A stretch of DNA of 64,000 bases from Smithella sp. (GCA_012510495.1 JAAZHX010000152.1:14857-78856), one strand, 5' to 3'; positions 19,784-28,039 are shown, counted from the first letter of the stretch. Numbers and translations are program-made. Notes: a model not told the origin generated them from the letters alone.

Positions 19784-20448
19784 TATTTCAGGTTTCGGGG
19801 AGTGGCATACCCTGTAAGGGTAAAGCGCCGATAATGGTCTCCGTACGTCGGATCCGTATAAGCAGGGTTCTCCGTCGGCGCTATGGTGATGATCGTAATT
19901 TTTACTCTTCGAATCTCTGAAAGATCCGTCGGTGTGTCTCCGTCTTCTTTTTCGTAAACAAAGTTCAGCGACTCCACATATTCCACAGCAGGCTGCTTGC
20001 TGGCTGACGTGGAGGATTTGCGCCCCAGCGCCTTTATACCGCCTGACGAGGTGTATAAGTCATAGGTTATATTTTCATTGGCGTCGTCACAGTCTCCATC
20101 CGAGCTGCCTGTGCCCGCGTCATCTGTTACATCCATTGTGATCGTGATGGAGCTGGCATTGGCCGCCGAGATCCCCGCGCATACCGTCCCGGCCTTTGGT
20201 AGCGCGCCTGTGCAACGGGACAAAGTTGAACCGGTGCCCGTGAAATTGTACCCCGCCATGTTGATGTCCCGAATCATCATGTCCATCGCAATGCGCGCAT
20301 TCTGATAGCTGGAAGCCAATTTTTCCTGCGTGGCGAGGGTTTTGTTCTGAAGCGCGAAAACACTGTAGGTCGCAGCTAGGACCACGAGCCCCACGACCAT
20401 GGCAATCAGCAATTCGATCATCGTAAAGCCTTTGGAGTCTGCCTTCAT
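19780..20448 (-). CDS. PilW-like type IV minor pilin (prepilin N-terminal cleavage/methylation domain)
   Basis: KGFTMIELLIAMVVGLVVLAATYSVF, a class III signal motif (G/FTxxE), followed by a PilW-like YQNARIAMDMMIRDI. Confidence 0.75.
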   Translation of the reverse strand: MKADSKGFTMIELLIAMVVGLVVLAATYSVFALQNKTLATQEKLASSYQNARIAMDMMIRDINMAGYNFTGTGSTLSRCTGALPKAGTVCAGISAANASSITITMDVTDDAGTGSSDGDCDDANENITYDLYTSSGGIKALGRKSSTSASKQPAVEYVESLNFVYEKEDGDTPTDLSEIRRVKITIITIAPTENPAYTDPTYGDHYRRFTLTGYATPRNLKY

Positions 20449-20449
20449 T

Positions 20450-20854
20450 TCAATCTCTCGCCCGTATGGTTTTCAGCACAACAGACCGGTTCGTCGGCCA
20501 AGTGACTGTAACAGTGATGGTCACCGGATCGGTCCCGGAAGCGCTCCAGTTGCGGGTGAAATAAGCGTTTGTCGAGGTCGCCGTTTCCAGATTCGCCCCC
20601 CGGTAGTCCGTGCCGTTGTAACTCGCGGGTATCGCTGTCCCCATCAAAGGCTCGCTTTTGAGCTCCTCCAGTTTATCCTTTGCCAGGGTCGTCGCAACGG
20701 TCAATGTTTTGTTGAAAAAATTTCCATTGATGATGGTGGAGGTCAGAGAAGCCAGACCCAGCAGAGCGACAGTCAGGATGAGGATCGCCACCACGATTTC
20801 GAGCAGCGTAAATCCCCGACTCTGCCTTCGTTTTGTCCATATCTTTTTTTTCAT
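20450..20854 (-). CDS. PilV-like type IV minor pilin
   Basis: RGFTLLEIVVAILILTVALLGLASL prepilin motif; 134 aa; position between the FimT-like and PilW-like genes. Confidence 0.75.
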   Translation of the reverse strand: MKKKIWTKRRQSRGFTLLEIVVAILILTVALLGLASLTSTIINGNFFNKTLTVATTLAKDKLEELKSEPLMGTAIPASYNGTDYRGANLETATSTNAYFTRNWSASGTDPVTITVTVTWPTNRSVVLKTIRARD

Positions 20855-20887
20855 ATGCCGCGCTTCCTTAACAAGCCTCCAAACACG

Positions 20888-21325
20888 TCAGGAGCAATCA
20901 CCGATTCTGATCCGGCCGGCAATGCTGAGCATAATGCATTTGGTCTTCCCCGTGGAGGAACTCGTCAGTGTGATCGTAAGATTATTTCCCGTTCCGTTGG
21001 GCCGGAAGGCGGGATTGGAACCAGCGGAAAACGTCACATCGGAATAATCCGGATGGATGTCCCGTAAGGCCAGCGTTTCATCGTCCCGCACAAACTTGTA
21101 CTGGTGGTTGTTCACAAATTGCACAATGATTTTCTTGTTCTCCGTGACCGCCTGCTGTCTGGCATTCATCAGATCACCATAGACCTGCCGGGCCGCTCCG
21201 TTCAACCTTTGATTTCTGGCGTATTCCATGAAGTTGGGAACGGCGATCGCCGACAACACCGCGATAATGGCAATGACAACCATCATCTCAACCAGTGTAA
21301 AACCGCATGTTCGTTTTTTAACCAT
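20888..21325 (-). CDS. GspH/FimT-family minor pilin
   Basis: ATG 21325 is preceded by GGGGAGG. MVKKRTCGFTLVEMMVVIAIIAVLSAIAVPNF...RQVYGDLMNARQQAV matches the FimT/GspH family. Confidence 0.75.
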   Translation of the reverse strand: MVKKRTCGFTLVEMMVVIAIIAVLSAIAVPNFMEYARNQRLNGAARQVYGDLMNARQQAVTENKKIIVQFVNNHQYKFVRDDETLALRDIHPDYSDVTFSAGSNPAFRPNGTGNNLTITLTSSSTGKTKCIMLSIAGRIRIGDCS

Positions 21326-21431
21326 TGCCTCCCCTGAATCCTTAATATCCGCCTGTTGGCGAAACAGCAAATGATATGCCAGATATCCCATTCTTTATCC
21401 GATAAAGCATCAATATCATTAATTTAGCGGT

Positions 21432-21460
21432 ATATTACGTTCATAAATGCCCGTTGTCAA
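21432..21460 (-). promoter_or_regulatory. candidate sigma70 promoter of the minor-pilin operon
   Basis: On the minus strand: TTGACA (21460-21455), 17 nt, then TAATAT (21437-21432), about 100 nt upstream of the FimT-like start. Confidence 0.45.
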
Positions 21461-21529
21461 TGGTTCCCGGTTTGAAGATTCGACACTTTGCCGGTTTTTT
21501 GCATGACTTGACGGCGTTTTTCACCGGTT

Positions 21530-22303
21530 TTAATTCCTGTAAATCAGAAACCTAATGAAAACTTCTCCCCAGAAAATCCAGGCGACGGCAGCCGCGGAGA
21601 GGAAGGGGCCGAAGGGAATCGCGTATTTCGTGTCCTGTTTCTTGATGATCATGGCCGTAATTCCCACGACCGCGCCGGCAAGAGAGCTGAACAGTAAAAC
21701 GAAGATCAATGATTTCCAGCCCAGAAAGCCGCCGATCATGGCCAGCAATTTGATGTCGCCTCCGCCCATGCCTTCGCGTTTGGTGATCAATTCATAGACG
21801 AAAGCAATAGCCAGCAGGACCCCGCCGCCGACCAGCAATCCGATCAGGGCCTCCAGCCAGGGAAGTTTCACGATAAAGACGGCCGCCAGAAAAAAAACGG
21901 GGATCCCCGGCAGAGACAAAATATCAGGAATGATCTGGTGATCCAGATCAATGAAGGCAATGACGATCAAAACGGCGGCAAAAATGAAAAAGACAAGAAA
22001 AACAAGACTCAAGCCGAATTTGCTGAAAAGCAGCAGCGCCAGCAGGCCGGTGATCAGTTCAATCAGCGGATAGCGCCAGGAGATTTTGGCCCCGCAGTCG
22101 CGACACCCGGCGCGCAGGATCAGAAAGCTGAGGATAGGGATGTTGTCGTAGAAACGAATCGGATGTCCGCAGGAAGGACAGCGGGAGGCCGGCTTCACGA
22201 TGGATGTTTCCGCAGGGATGCGGTAAATGCAGACGTTGAGAAAACTGCCGACGGCCGCGCCGAAGATGAAGGAAAAAATATCAAAAAAAATCATCAATAG
22301 CAC
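21530..22303 (-). CDS. pilD: prepilin peptidase / N-methyltransferase (peptidase A24)
   Basis: 257 aa and polytopic. It has the Cys pairs CPSCGHPI...CRDCGAKI and GGGDIKLLAMIGGFLG (A24 active-site Asp region). The start may be GTG 22303 or ATG 22294. Confidence 0.9.
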   Translation of the reverse strand: MLLMIFFDIFSFIFGAAVGSFLNVCIYRIPAETSIVKPASRCPSCGHPIRFYDNIPILSFLILRAGCRDCGAKISWRYPLIELITGLLALLLFSKFGLSLVFLVFFIFAAVLIVIAFIDLDHQIIPDILSLPGIPVFFLAAVFIVKLPWLEALIGLLVGGGVLLAIAFVYELITKREGMGGGDIKLLAMIGGFLGWKSLIFVLLFSSLAGAVVGITAMIIKKQDTKYAIPFGPFLSAAAVAWIFWGEVFIRFLIYRN

Positions 22304-22307
22304 CTTC

Positions 22308-22395
22308 GTAGTCCGGTCTGATACGAAATCCGGTATTTTCCATAACTGGATTCCCGCCAGGGGATTGCGGGAATGACGACTTTTATTGTGTTTCC
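22308..22395. repeat. two-hairpin intergenic repeat element, copy B
   Basis: GTAGTCCGG...ATCCGGTATTTTCCATAACTGGATTCCCGC-CAGGGGATT-GCGGGAATGACGACTTTTAT, collinear with copy A. It fills the divergent pilD/ribD intergenic region. Confidence 0.45.
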
Positions 22396-22571
22396 CGCTG
22401 CTGCGACACAGTCTCTTTCACCGGAATGACGGAAAAAGAGATTTCGCAAAGCTCCCTCGATACAATTGATGAGCATCTTATTTTCTTTTGGCTGGAAGTC
22501 AATAAGAATGTGGCACAAGCCTCTCACAAATGTCGTTGCATTGGATGGGCCGTTGAGGTAATTGAAGTTTC

Positions 22572-23687
22572 ATGACCGACGAACAATATATGAAAATGGC
22601 CCTGAAACTGGCAGCGAAAGGCCGGTGCTATGCGAGCCCCAATCCGATGGTGGGCGCCGTGATCGTCAAAAACGGCAGAATCATCGGCCGGGGATACCAT
22701 CAATGCTGTGGTGAAAATCACGCGGAAGTCAACGCAATTGCAGACGCGAAGGGAAAGGTTGCCGGCTCGACGCTTTATGTGACGCTGGAGCCCTGCTGTC
22801 ATTCCGGCAAGACCCCCCCCTGCGCCGACCTCATTGTCCGGCACAAAATCCGGCGCGTCGTGATCGCCGCTACCGACTCCAATCCGCTGGTTTCCTGCCG
22901 GGGTATCGTCCGCCTGGAAAGCGCGGGAATCGAAGTGACCCGGGACGTGCTCGCAACCGAAAGCCGCAGTCTCAATGAAGCCTTCTTTCATTTTATGGAA
23001 ACGGGACTGCCGTTTGTCACGGTCAAATACGCCCAGACGCTGGACGGACGGATCGCTACCGCCACAGGGAACTCCCAGTGGATCAGCTCTCCCGGTTCCC
23101 TGAAACTCGCCCACCGGCTTCGCGCGGAACACGACGCCATTCTGGTCGGAATCGGGACCGTGCTTAAAGACAACCCGACGCTGACGGTCCGGCTGGTCCG
23201 GGGGCGCAACCCTCTGAGAGTGGTCGTGGATTCCGGTCTGGCCACGCCTGTGGACGCGAACGTGCTGCGCAATTTATCCGAAGCCCCCACGCTGATTGCG
23301 ACAACGAAAAAACCTTCCGATCCCCAGTTCCGGAGGCTTTCCGAAACCGGCGTCCGCCTGATTACGGTTGCGCCCGACCGGGAGCGGCATGTGGATTTGA
23401 AAAAATTATTTTTGCAGTTGGCCGCCGAAAATATTTCCTCCGTGCTGATTGAAGGCGGCGCCGGGATCATCACCTCCGTGCTGAAAGAGGACTTGGTCCA
23501 GCGGCTGGTTGTGGTGACTGCGCCGAAGATTCTCGGTAAAGGGATTGAAGCCATAGGCGATCTTCAGATTCGCGATCTGAAAAACGCAAAAGACCTGTCC
23601 GTGCGGAAAATATTTAAAAAAGGCCCGGATATGATTATGGACGCCCGCCTGCGCGGGAGGAACGGGAATATTACGAGGCCGTCATAA
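22572..23687 (+). CDS. ribD: bifunctional diaminohydroxyphosphoribosylaminopyrimidine deaminase / 5-amino-6-(5-phosphoribosylamino)uracil reductase
   Basis: 371 aa with the CMP/dCMP deaminase zinc motif HAEVNAI...PCCHSGKTPPC and a C-terminal RibD reductase domain. Confidence 0.95.
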   Translation: MTDEQYMKMALKLAAKGRCYASPNPMVGAVIVKNGRIIGRGYHQCCGENHAEVNAIADAKGKVAGSTLYVTLEPCCHSGKTPPCADLIVRHKIRRVVIAATDSNPLVSCRGIVRLESAGIEVTRDVLATESRSLNEAFFHFMETGLPFVTVKYAQTLDGRIATATGNSQWISSPGSLKLAHRLRAEHDAILVGIGTVLKDNPTLTVRLVRGRNPLRVVVDSGLATPVDANVLRNLSEAPTLIATTKKPSDPQFRRLSETGVRLITVAPDRERHVDLKKLFLQLAAENISSVLIEGGAGIITSVLKEDLVQRLVVVTAPKILGKGIEAIGDLQIRDLKNAKDLSVRKIFKKGPDMIMDARLRGRNGNITRPS

Positions 23688-23733
23688 TTGAAACTTTTTA
23701 AAAACTTCAAGAAACTTGTTTAGGTGTTCTGCC

Positions 23734-24234
23734 ATGCCCTGGTATGCTGTTTCCACAAAAAGCCGACACGAATACAAAGCCCACGCCTTGCTCGCCCAAA
23801 AAAGTCTGACGACGTTTTTGCCGGAGATGGAGGTCTGGAGCAAGCGAAAAGACCGGAAGAAGAAGATCGCCGTGCCGCTTTTTCCCGGTTATCTTTTCGT
23901 CAATGCCGAACTGGACAATGAAACCAAGCTGGCCATTCTCAAGACCTTCGGCGTCGTCCGTATCCTGGGCAAGAAATTGAACACCGAGCCCATTGCCGTG
24001 CCGGATGAAAAAATCGCCGCCATCCAGCGCATCGTGGAGAAGAAAGTGGAAATGTTTTCCCTGCAGTACCCGAAAGCGGGAGAACCGGCGCGGATTTTGG
24101 ACGGGCCCTTCGCCGGCATCGAGGGCACGGTGATCAAAAGCGATCTGGAAAAAGAGCTTTTCGTCGTTTCCATCGATCTGATGCAGCGCTCGGTGGCCAT
24201 CAAGCTGGAAGGCTTCCAGATCGGAAAAATATGA
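23734..24234 (+). CDS. NusG-family transcription antiterminator paralog (UpxY/RfaH-like)
   Basis: 166 aa from ATG 23734. It has an NGN domain (MPWYAVSTKSRHEYKA...LFPGYLFV) and a KOW motif (GEPARILDGPFAGIEGTVIK). It is too short and too divergent to be housekeeping NusG, and it is not next to secE/rplK. Confidence 0.75.
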   Translation: MPWYAVSTKSRHEYKAHALLAQKSLTTFLPEMEVWSKRKDRKKKIAVPLFPGYLFVNAELDNETKLAILKTFGVVRILGKKLNTEPIAVPDEKIAAIQRIVEKKVEMFSLQYPKAGEPARILDGPFAGIEGTVIKSDLEKELFVVSIDLMQRSVAIKLEGFQIGKI

Positions 24235-24269
24235 GAGAGGCAATAGAGGCTGTGTCGCAATTCCTATTT

Positions 24270-24400
24270 GTCATAGATGACACCCCCAATCTGTCATACC
24301 CGAAAGTGTCTGTCGGGCATCCACACGTCTTCTATGGATTACCGCCCCTCGGCTTCTCGGGGGCAGACTTCACGAGAATGACAGCCTTTGATCATTCTGA
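24270..24400. repeat. two-hairpin intergenic repeat element, copy C (degenerate)
   Basis: TGTCAT-AG-ATGACA, then GTCATACCCGA-(9 nt)-TCGGGCATCCAC...TATGGATTACCGCCCC-...-GGGGGCAGACTTCACGAGAATGACA. Same order of modules as copies A and B. Confidence 0.4.
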
Positions 24401-24513
24401 CACAACCCCAGCAGCAGAGAGGCGACAGGCAATAACCTATGCGCTGCGAGCTATGATCTAAAAATTCTTGACATTATGAACATTATGGGCAAGATAGCAT
24501 CCGCCAAACGGAA

Positions 24514-24759
24514 TTGTGCCACAGGCAAAAACGGATTTCAGGATATGTTTTGAAAGGTTATATTCGCATTAAAAAGGAACTCTGCAAGGAATGCGGTCTT
24601 TGCGTGCATTTTTGCCCCAAAGGCCATATCCTGCCGTCCAGTGAATACAACGCGCAGGGGTATCATCCCGTGTGCGTCGATGAAACCAAAGAATGCAACG
24701 GCTGCGCTATCTGCGCGACCATGTGTCCGGAAATCGCCATTGAGGTTTATCGTGAATAA
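24514..24759 (+). CDS. 2-oxoacid:ferredoxin oxidoreductase delta subunit (2x[4Fe-4S] ferredoxin)
   Basis: Has two Cys clusters, CKECGLCVHFCP and CNGCAICATMCP. The start is uncertain (TTG 24514 or TTG 24550). Confidence 0.8.
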   Translation: MCHRQKRISGYVLKGYIRIKKELCKECGLCVHFCPKGHILPSSEYNAQGYHPVCVDETKECNGCAICATMCPEIAIEVYRE

Positions 24760-25810
24760 AGTCCTGATGTCGGGAAACAATGTGATCGGCGAAGCCGCGA
24801 TCCGCGCGGGCTGCCGTTTTTATGCCGGTTATCCGATCACACCGCAAAATGAACTGACCGAATACATGGCCGAACACATGAGAAACGCTGAAGGCGGCAT
24901 CTTCATTCAGTCTGAAAGCGAAGTGGCGGCCATTAACATGATCGCCGGCGCTTCGGCCGCGGGCGCCCGAGTGATGACTTCCTCTTCCGGCCCCGGCATT
25001 TCCCTGAAGCAGGAAGGCATTTCTTCCATGGCGGCGCAAGAGCTTCCCGGAATCATCGTGAACATTATGCGCGGTGGTCCCGGTCTGGGCAACATCCTTC
25101 CCTCGCAGGGCGATTATTTTCAGGCCACTCGGGGCGGCGGCCACGGCGATTATCGCACCATCGTTTTCGCGCCGGGAAGCTGCCAGGAACTGGCGGACCT
25201 GACGATGGACGCTTTCGATCTGGCCGACAAATACCGCACGCCGGCCATGATTCTGGCCGACGGCATGATGGGCCAGATGATGGAGCCGGTGATCTTCAAA
25301 AAGCCCAAACCAAGGCAGTATCCGGAAAAATTCATGCTGCGCGGAGCGGGCGGCGGCAAAAGCAAATTCATCCGCGGCCTTCTTCTGGACCCGGTGGACA
25401 GCGAAGCGCACAACTGGAAACTGGCCCGTAAATACAAGGTGATTTCCGAAAACGAAACCCGCTTCGAAGAGCATCGGCTGGATGACGCCACTCTGGTCAT
25501 CGTCGCTTACGGAACTGCGGCGCGCATCGCTAAGGGCGCCATCAAAAGGCTGCGCGGCCATGACATGAAGATCGGTCTTTTCCGTCCGATCACCCTGTGG
25601 CCCTTCCCGGAAATGAAGCTGCGGAGCCTTTCGGCAAAGGTTGAAAATTTCCTGGTATTCGAAATGAGCGCCGGCCAGATGCTGGAGGACGTCCGTCTGG
25701 CCCTGCAGGGGTTCGCCAATATTGAATTTCACGGACGACCGGGCGGCGCGGTGCCGACGCCCTCGGAACTGGCCAACGTCATCGCCAGGGTTTATGAGAA
25801 AAAGGACTGA
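24752..25810 (+). CDS. 2-oxoacid:ferredoxin oxidoreductase alpha subunit (KOR/VOR type)
   Basis: GTG 24752 lies 6 nt after GAGG and overlaps the delta-subunit stop. (V)NKVLMSGNNVIGEAAIRAGCRFYAGYPITPQNE is the typical alpha-subunit N-terminus. Confidence 0.9.
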   Translation: MNKVLMSGNNVIGEAAIRAGCRFYAGYPITPQNELTEYMAEHMRNAEGGIFIQSESEVAAINMIAGASAAGARVMTSSSGPGISLKQEGISSMAAQELPGIIVNIMRGGPGLGNILPSQGDYFQATRGGGHGDYRTIVFAPGSCQELADLTMDAFDLADKYRTPAMILADGMMGQMMEPVIFKKPKPRQYPEKFMLRGAGGGKSKFIRGLLLDPVDSEAHNWKLARKYKVISENETRFEEHRLDDATLVIVAYGTAARIAKGAIKRLRGHDMKIGLFRPITLWPFPEMKLRSLSAKVENFLVFEMSAGQMLEDVRLALQGFANIEFHGRPGGAVPTPSELANVIARVYEKKD

Positions 25811-25817
25811 TTCAACC

Positions 25818-26591
25818 ATGGCCAAGATTGTTTTCAAGCATCCCGAGAGCCTGAAAGAAAATATTTTTCATTACTGTCCCGGCTGCGGGCACAGCATCGT
25901 CCACCGGCTGATCGCCGAAGTGATTGACGAGATGGGCATTCGGAGCATCACGATCGGCGTTCCGCCGGCCGGTTGCGCCGTTCTGGCTTACAATTACTTT
26001 GACGTGGACATGATCGAAGCGCTCCACGGACGCGGTCCGGCCATGGCGACGGCCATCAAGCGCTGTCTTCCCGACCGGGTCGTTTTTTCCTATCAGGGCG
26101 ACGGCGACCTTGCCGCCATCGGCATTGCCGAAAGTTTTCATGCCGCCAACCGCGGTGAAAATTTCAGTGTCATCTTTATCAACAACGCCGTTTACGGCAT
26201 GACCGGCGGACAGATGGCCCCGACCACGATGCTGAATCAGCGCTCCACCACTACGCCTTCGGGCCGTAAACAGGCCGTGGACGGTTATCCGGTCAAGGTC
26301 AGCGAAATCTTTTCCCAGCTCGACGGCGCCGCCTATGTGGAGCGCTGCTCGGTCAGCTCACCGGCCGGCGTCAACAAAACCAAAAAAGCCATCCGGAAAG
26401 CTTTTCAGTGCCAGATGGCCGGTTTGGGTTTTTCTCTAGTGGAAGTGCTTTCCCTCTGCCCGACCAACTGGAAGCTGTCGTCCGTCGATTCCTGCAAATA
26501 CATTGACGAGGTCATGAGCAAAATCTTTCCTCCCGGCGTATATAAAGATCAAACGGGGCTGTCCGGTAAAAAGACGGAGGTCCGGCCATGA
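25818..26591 (+). CDS. 2-oxoacid:ferredoxin oxidoreductase beta subunit (TPP-binding)
   Basis: MAKIVFKHPESLKENIFHYCPGCGHSIV...GDGDLAAIG...INNAVYGMTGGQ. Shows the TPP motif and cluster cysteines. Confidence 0.9.
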   Translation: MAKIVFKHPESLKENIFHYCPGCGHSIVHRLIAEVIDEMGIRSITIGVPPAGCAVLAYNYFDVDMIEALHGRGPAMATAIKRCLPDRVVFSYQGDGDLAAIGIAESFHAANRGENFSVIFINNAVYGMTGGQMAPTTMLNQRSTTTPSGRKQAVDGYPVKVSEIFSQLDGAAYVERCSVSSPAGVNKTKKAIRKAFQCQMAGLGFSLVEVLSLCPTNWKLSSVDSCKYIDEVMSKIFPPGVYKDQTGLSGKKTEVRP

Positions 26592-27127
26592 TCACCAAAA
26601 CAATCTTTTCAGGCTTTGGCGGCCAGGGCGTCATGATGATGGGCACCAGCCTGGCCCAGAGCGCGATGAGCAAGGGCTTTCATGTCACCTATCTGCCCGC
26701 CTACGGCGCGGAAATGAGAGGTGGAACGGCCAACTGCACCGTGGCGGTCAGCGATGAAGAAATCGCCTCCCCCGTCGCGTCGGAACCGAACTACCTGGTG
26801 GTCATGAACCAACCCGCGCTGTTTACCTTTCAAAACCGCGTCACCCGGGGGGGGAGCATACTGATCAACTCCTCGATTGTCGAGGCGTCCCCCAGCCGCC
26901 AGGACGTCACAACTTTTTATCTCCCCTGCTCCGACATGGCCCAGGAACTCGGCAACATCCGGACCGCCAACATCGTGATGATGGGTGCCTTCGTCAGACA
27001 ATCGGGCATTGTCCCGCCTGAAGTTTATCTGAAAGCCCTGGAAACGATCATGGGAAGCCGGAAAAAGTCGCTTGCGGACATCAACCGCCGGGCGTTTACC
27101 GCCGGATACGACTACGTTCAAAAGTAG
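26588..27127 (+). CDS. 2-oxoacid:ferredoxin oxidoreductase gamma subunit
   Basis: 179 aa; IFSGFGGQGVMMMGTSLAQSAM...YGAEMRGGTANCTV, typical gamma subunit; 4-nt overlap with the beta subunit. Confidence 0.9.
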   Translation: MITKTIFSGFGGQGVMMMGTSLAQSAMSKGFHVTYLPAYGAEMRGGTANCTVAVSDEEIASPVASEPNYLVVMNQPALFTFQNRVTRGGSILINSSIVEASPSRQDVTTFYLPCSDMAQELGNIRTANIVMMGAFVRQSGIVPPEVYLKALETIMGSRKKSLADINRRAFTAGYDYVQK

Positions 27128-27136
27128 AGGACAGGT

Positions 27137-27568
27137 ATGGCCGTTAAACAAATTTCCGTTCTGCTGGGCAATGTTCCCGGTTCTTTCGCCAGGATGACGC
27201 ATATTCTGCACACGGAAGACATCAACACGATTGCCGTCTCCGCCGCCAGTATTGAAGAGGACAGCCGCGTCCGGCTGGTGGTCAACGATCCCGACCGGGC
27301 CGCCGCGCTTTTGGAGAGTTTCAATTTCAACGTGGAAGTGACGCCGGTGCTGGCCGCGGAAATCCCCCTGCACCCGGGACACATCAACGCCATCCTGAAG
27401 CCGCTGGCAAAAGGCGACATCAATATTCTCTACCTTTACACGACGATCAACCGCATCGGAAAAGAAACCATTGTGATTATCGGCGTCGATAAGCCGGAAG
27501 AAGCAAGGGAAATTCTCGCCGAAAACTGGATCAACCTGATCGGCGACGAACTCTATTCCATCCCCTGA
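27137..27568 (+). CDS. tandem ACT-domain protein
   Basis: 143 aa with two ACT-like halves (ISVLLGNVPGSFARMTHIL... and LAAEIPLHPGHINAILKPLAKGDINILYLY). It follows the oxidoreductase genes after 9 nt. Confidence 0.7.
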   Translation: MAVKQISVLLGNVPGSFARMTHILHTEDINTIAVSAASIEEDSRVRLVVNDPDRAAALLESFNFNVEVTPVLAAEIPLHPGHINAILKPLAKGDINILYLYTTINRIGKETIVIIGVDKPEEAREILAENWINLIGDELYSIP

Positions 27569-27585
27569 GTTTTGAGGAGCCGCCT

Positions 27586-27996
27586 ATGCCGGTTTCCGCT
27601 GAAAAAGAAAAAGCGCTTGCGCTGCGCATGCAGATGCTCGGCGTTTCCGAACGCGACATCGAAGAATCATTTATCCGCTCCTCCGGTCCCGGGGGGCAGA
27701 AAGTCAACAAAACCTCCTCCCGTGTTCAACTGGTTCACCTTCCGACCGGCCTTACCGTGAAATGCCAGAGAGAAAGATCCCAGAGCCTGAACCGCCATCT
27801 GGCGCGCCGCCTGCTCCTCAATAAAATCGAAGAGCGTCAAAAGGGATTTGTGGCGGCCGAAAAGGAAAAAGCGGAAAAGATCCGGCGGCAAAAAAGGAGG
27901 AGAAGCCGAAGAGCAAAGGAAAAAATGCTGGATGAAAAGAAGCGGCTGTCGCAAAAGAAGGAACTGCGCGGCAGGGTCGGAACCGATGAAACATAA
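27586..27996 (+). CDS. arfB: peptidyl-tRNA hydrolase ArfB-type ribosome rescue factor (class I RF GGQ domain)
   Basis: 136 aa; SGPGGQKVNKTSS GGQ motif plus a highly basic C-terminal tail (KIRRQKRRRSRRAKEK...). Confidence 0.85.
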   Translation: MPVSAEKEKALALRMQMLGVSERDIEESFIRSSGPGGQKVNKTSSRVQLVHLPTGLTVKCQRERSQSLNRHLARRLLLNKIEERQKGFVAAEKEKAEKIRRQKRRRSRRAKEKMLDEKKRLSQKKELRGRVGTDET

Positions 27997-28039
27997 AAAA
28001 GGGGAAAGAAGGCCTTTGTTATTTGCTTCTTCCCCCTTT
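27997..28039. terminator. bidirectional terminator hairpin between convergent arfB and atpE
   Basis: AAAAGGGGAAAGAAG-(loop)-CTTCTTCCCCCTTT, about 10 bp with one bulge. It is flanked by an A-run and a T-run, so it can serve both strands. Confidence 0.6.

Noticed and set aside
22304-22571. FMN riboswitch expected upstream of ribD
   Set aside because: I looked for the conserved FMN-element core (the GGATAGT...GGTGAAATTCC...CCGACGGTA type segments) and did not see it. The region is instead occupied by repeat copy B.
22524-23132. 202-aa minus-strand ORF at the start of ribD
   Set aside because: It is antisense to the well-conserved deaminase domain of RibD and has no motifs of its own.
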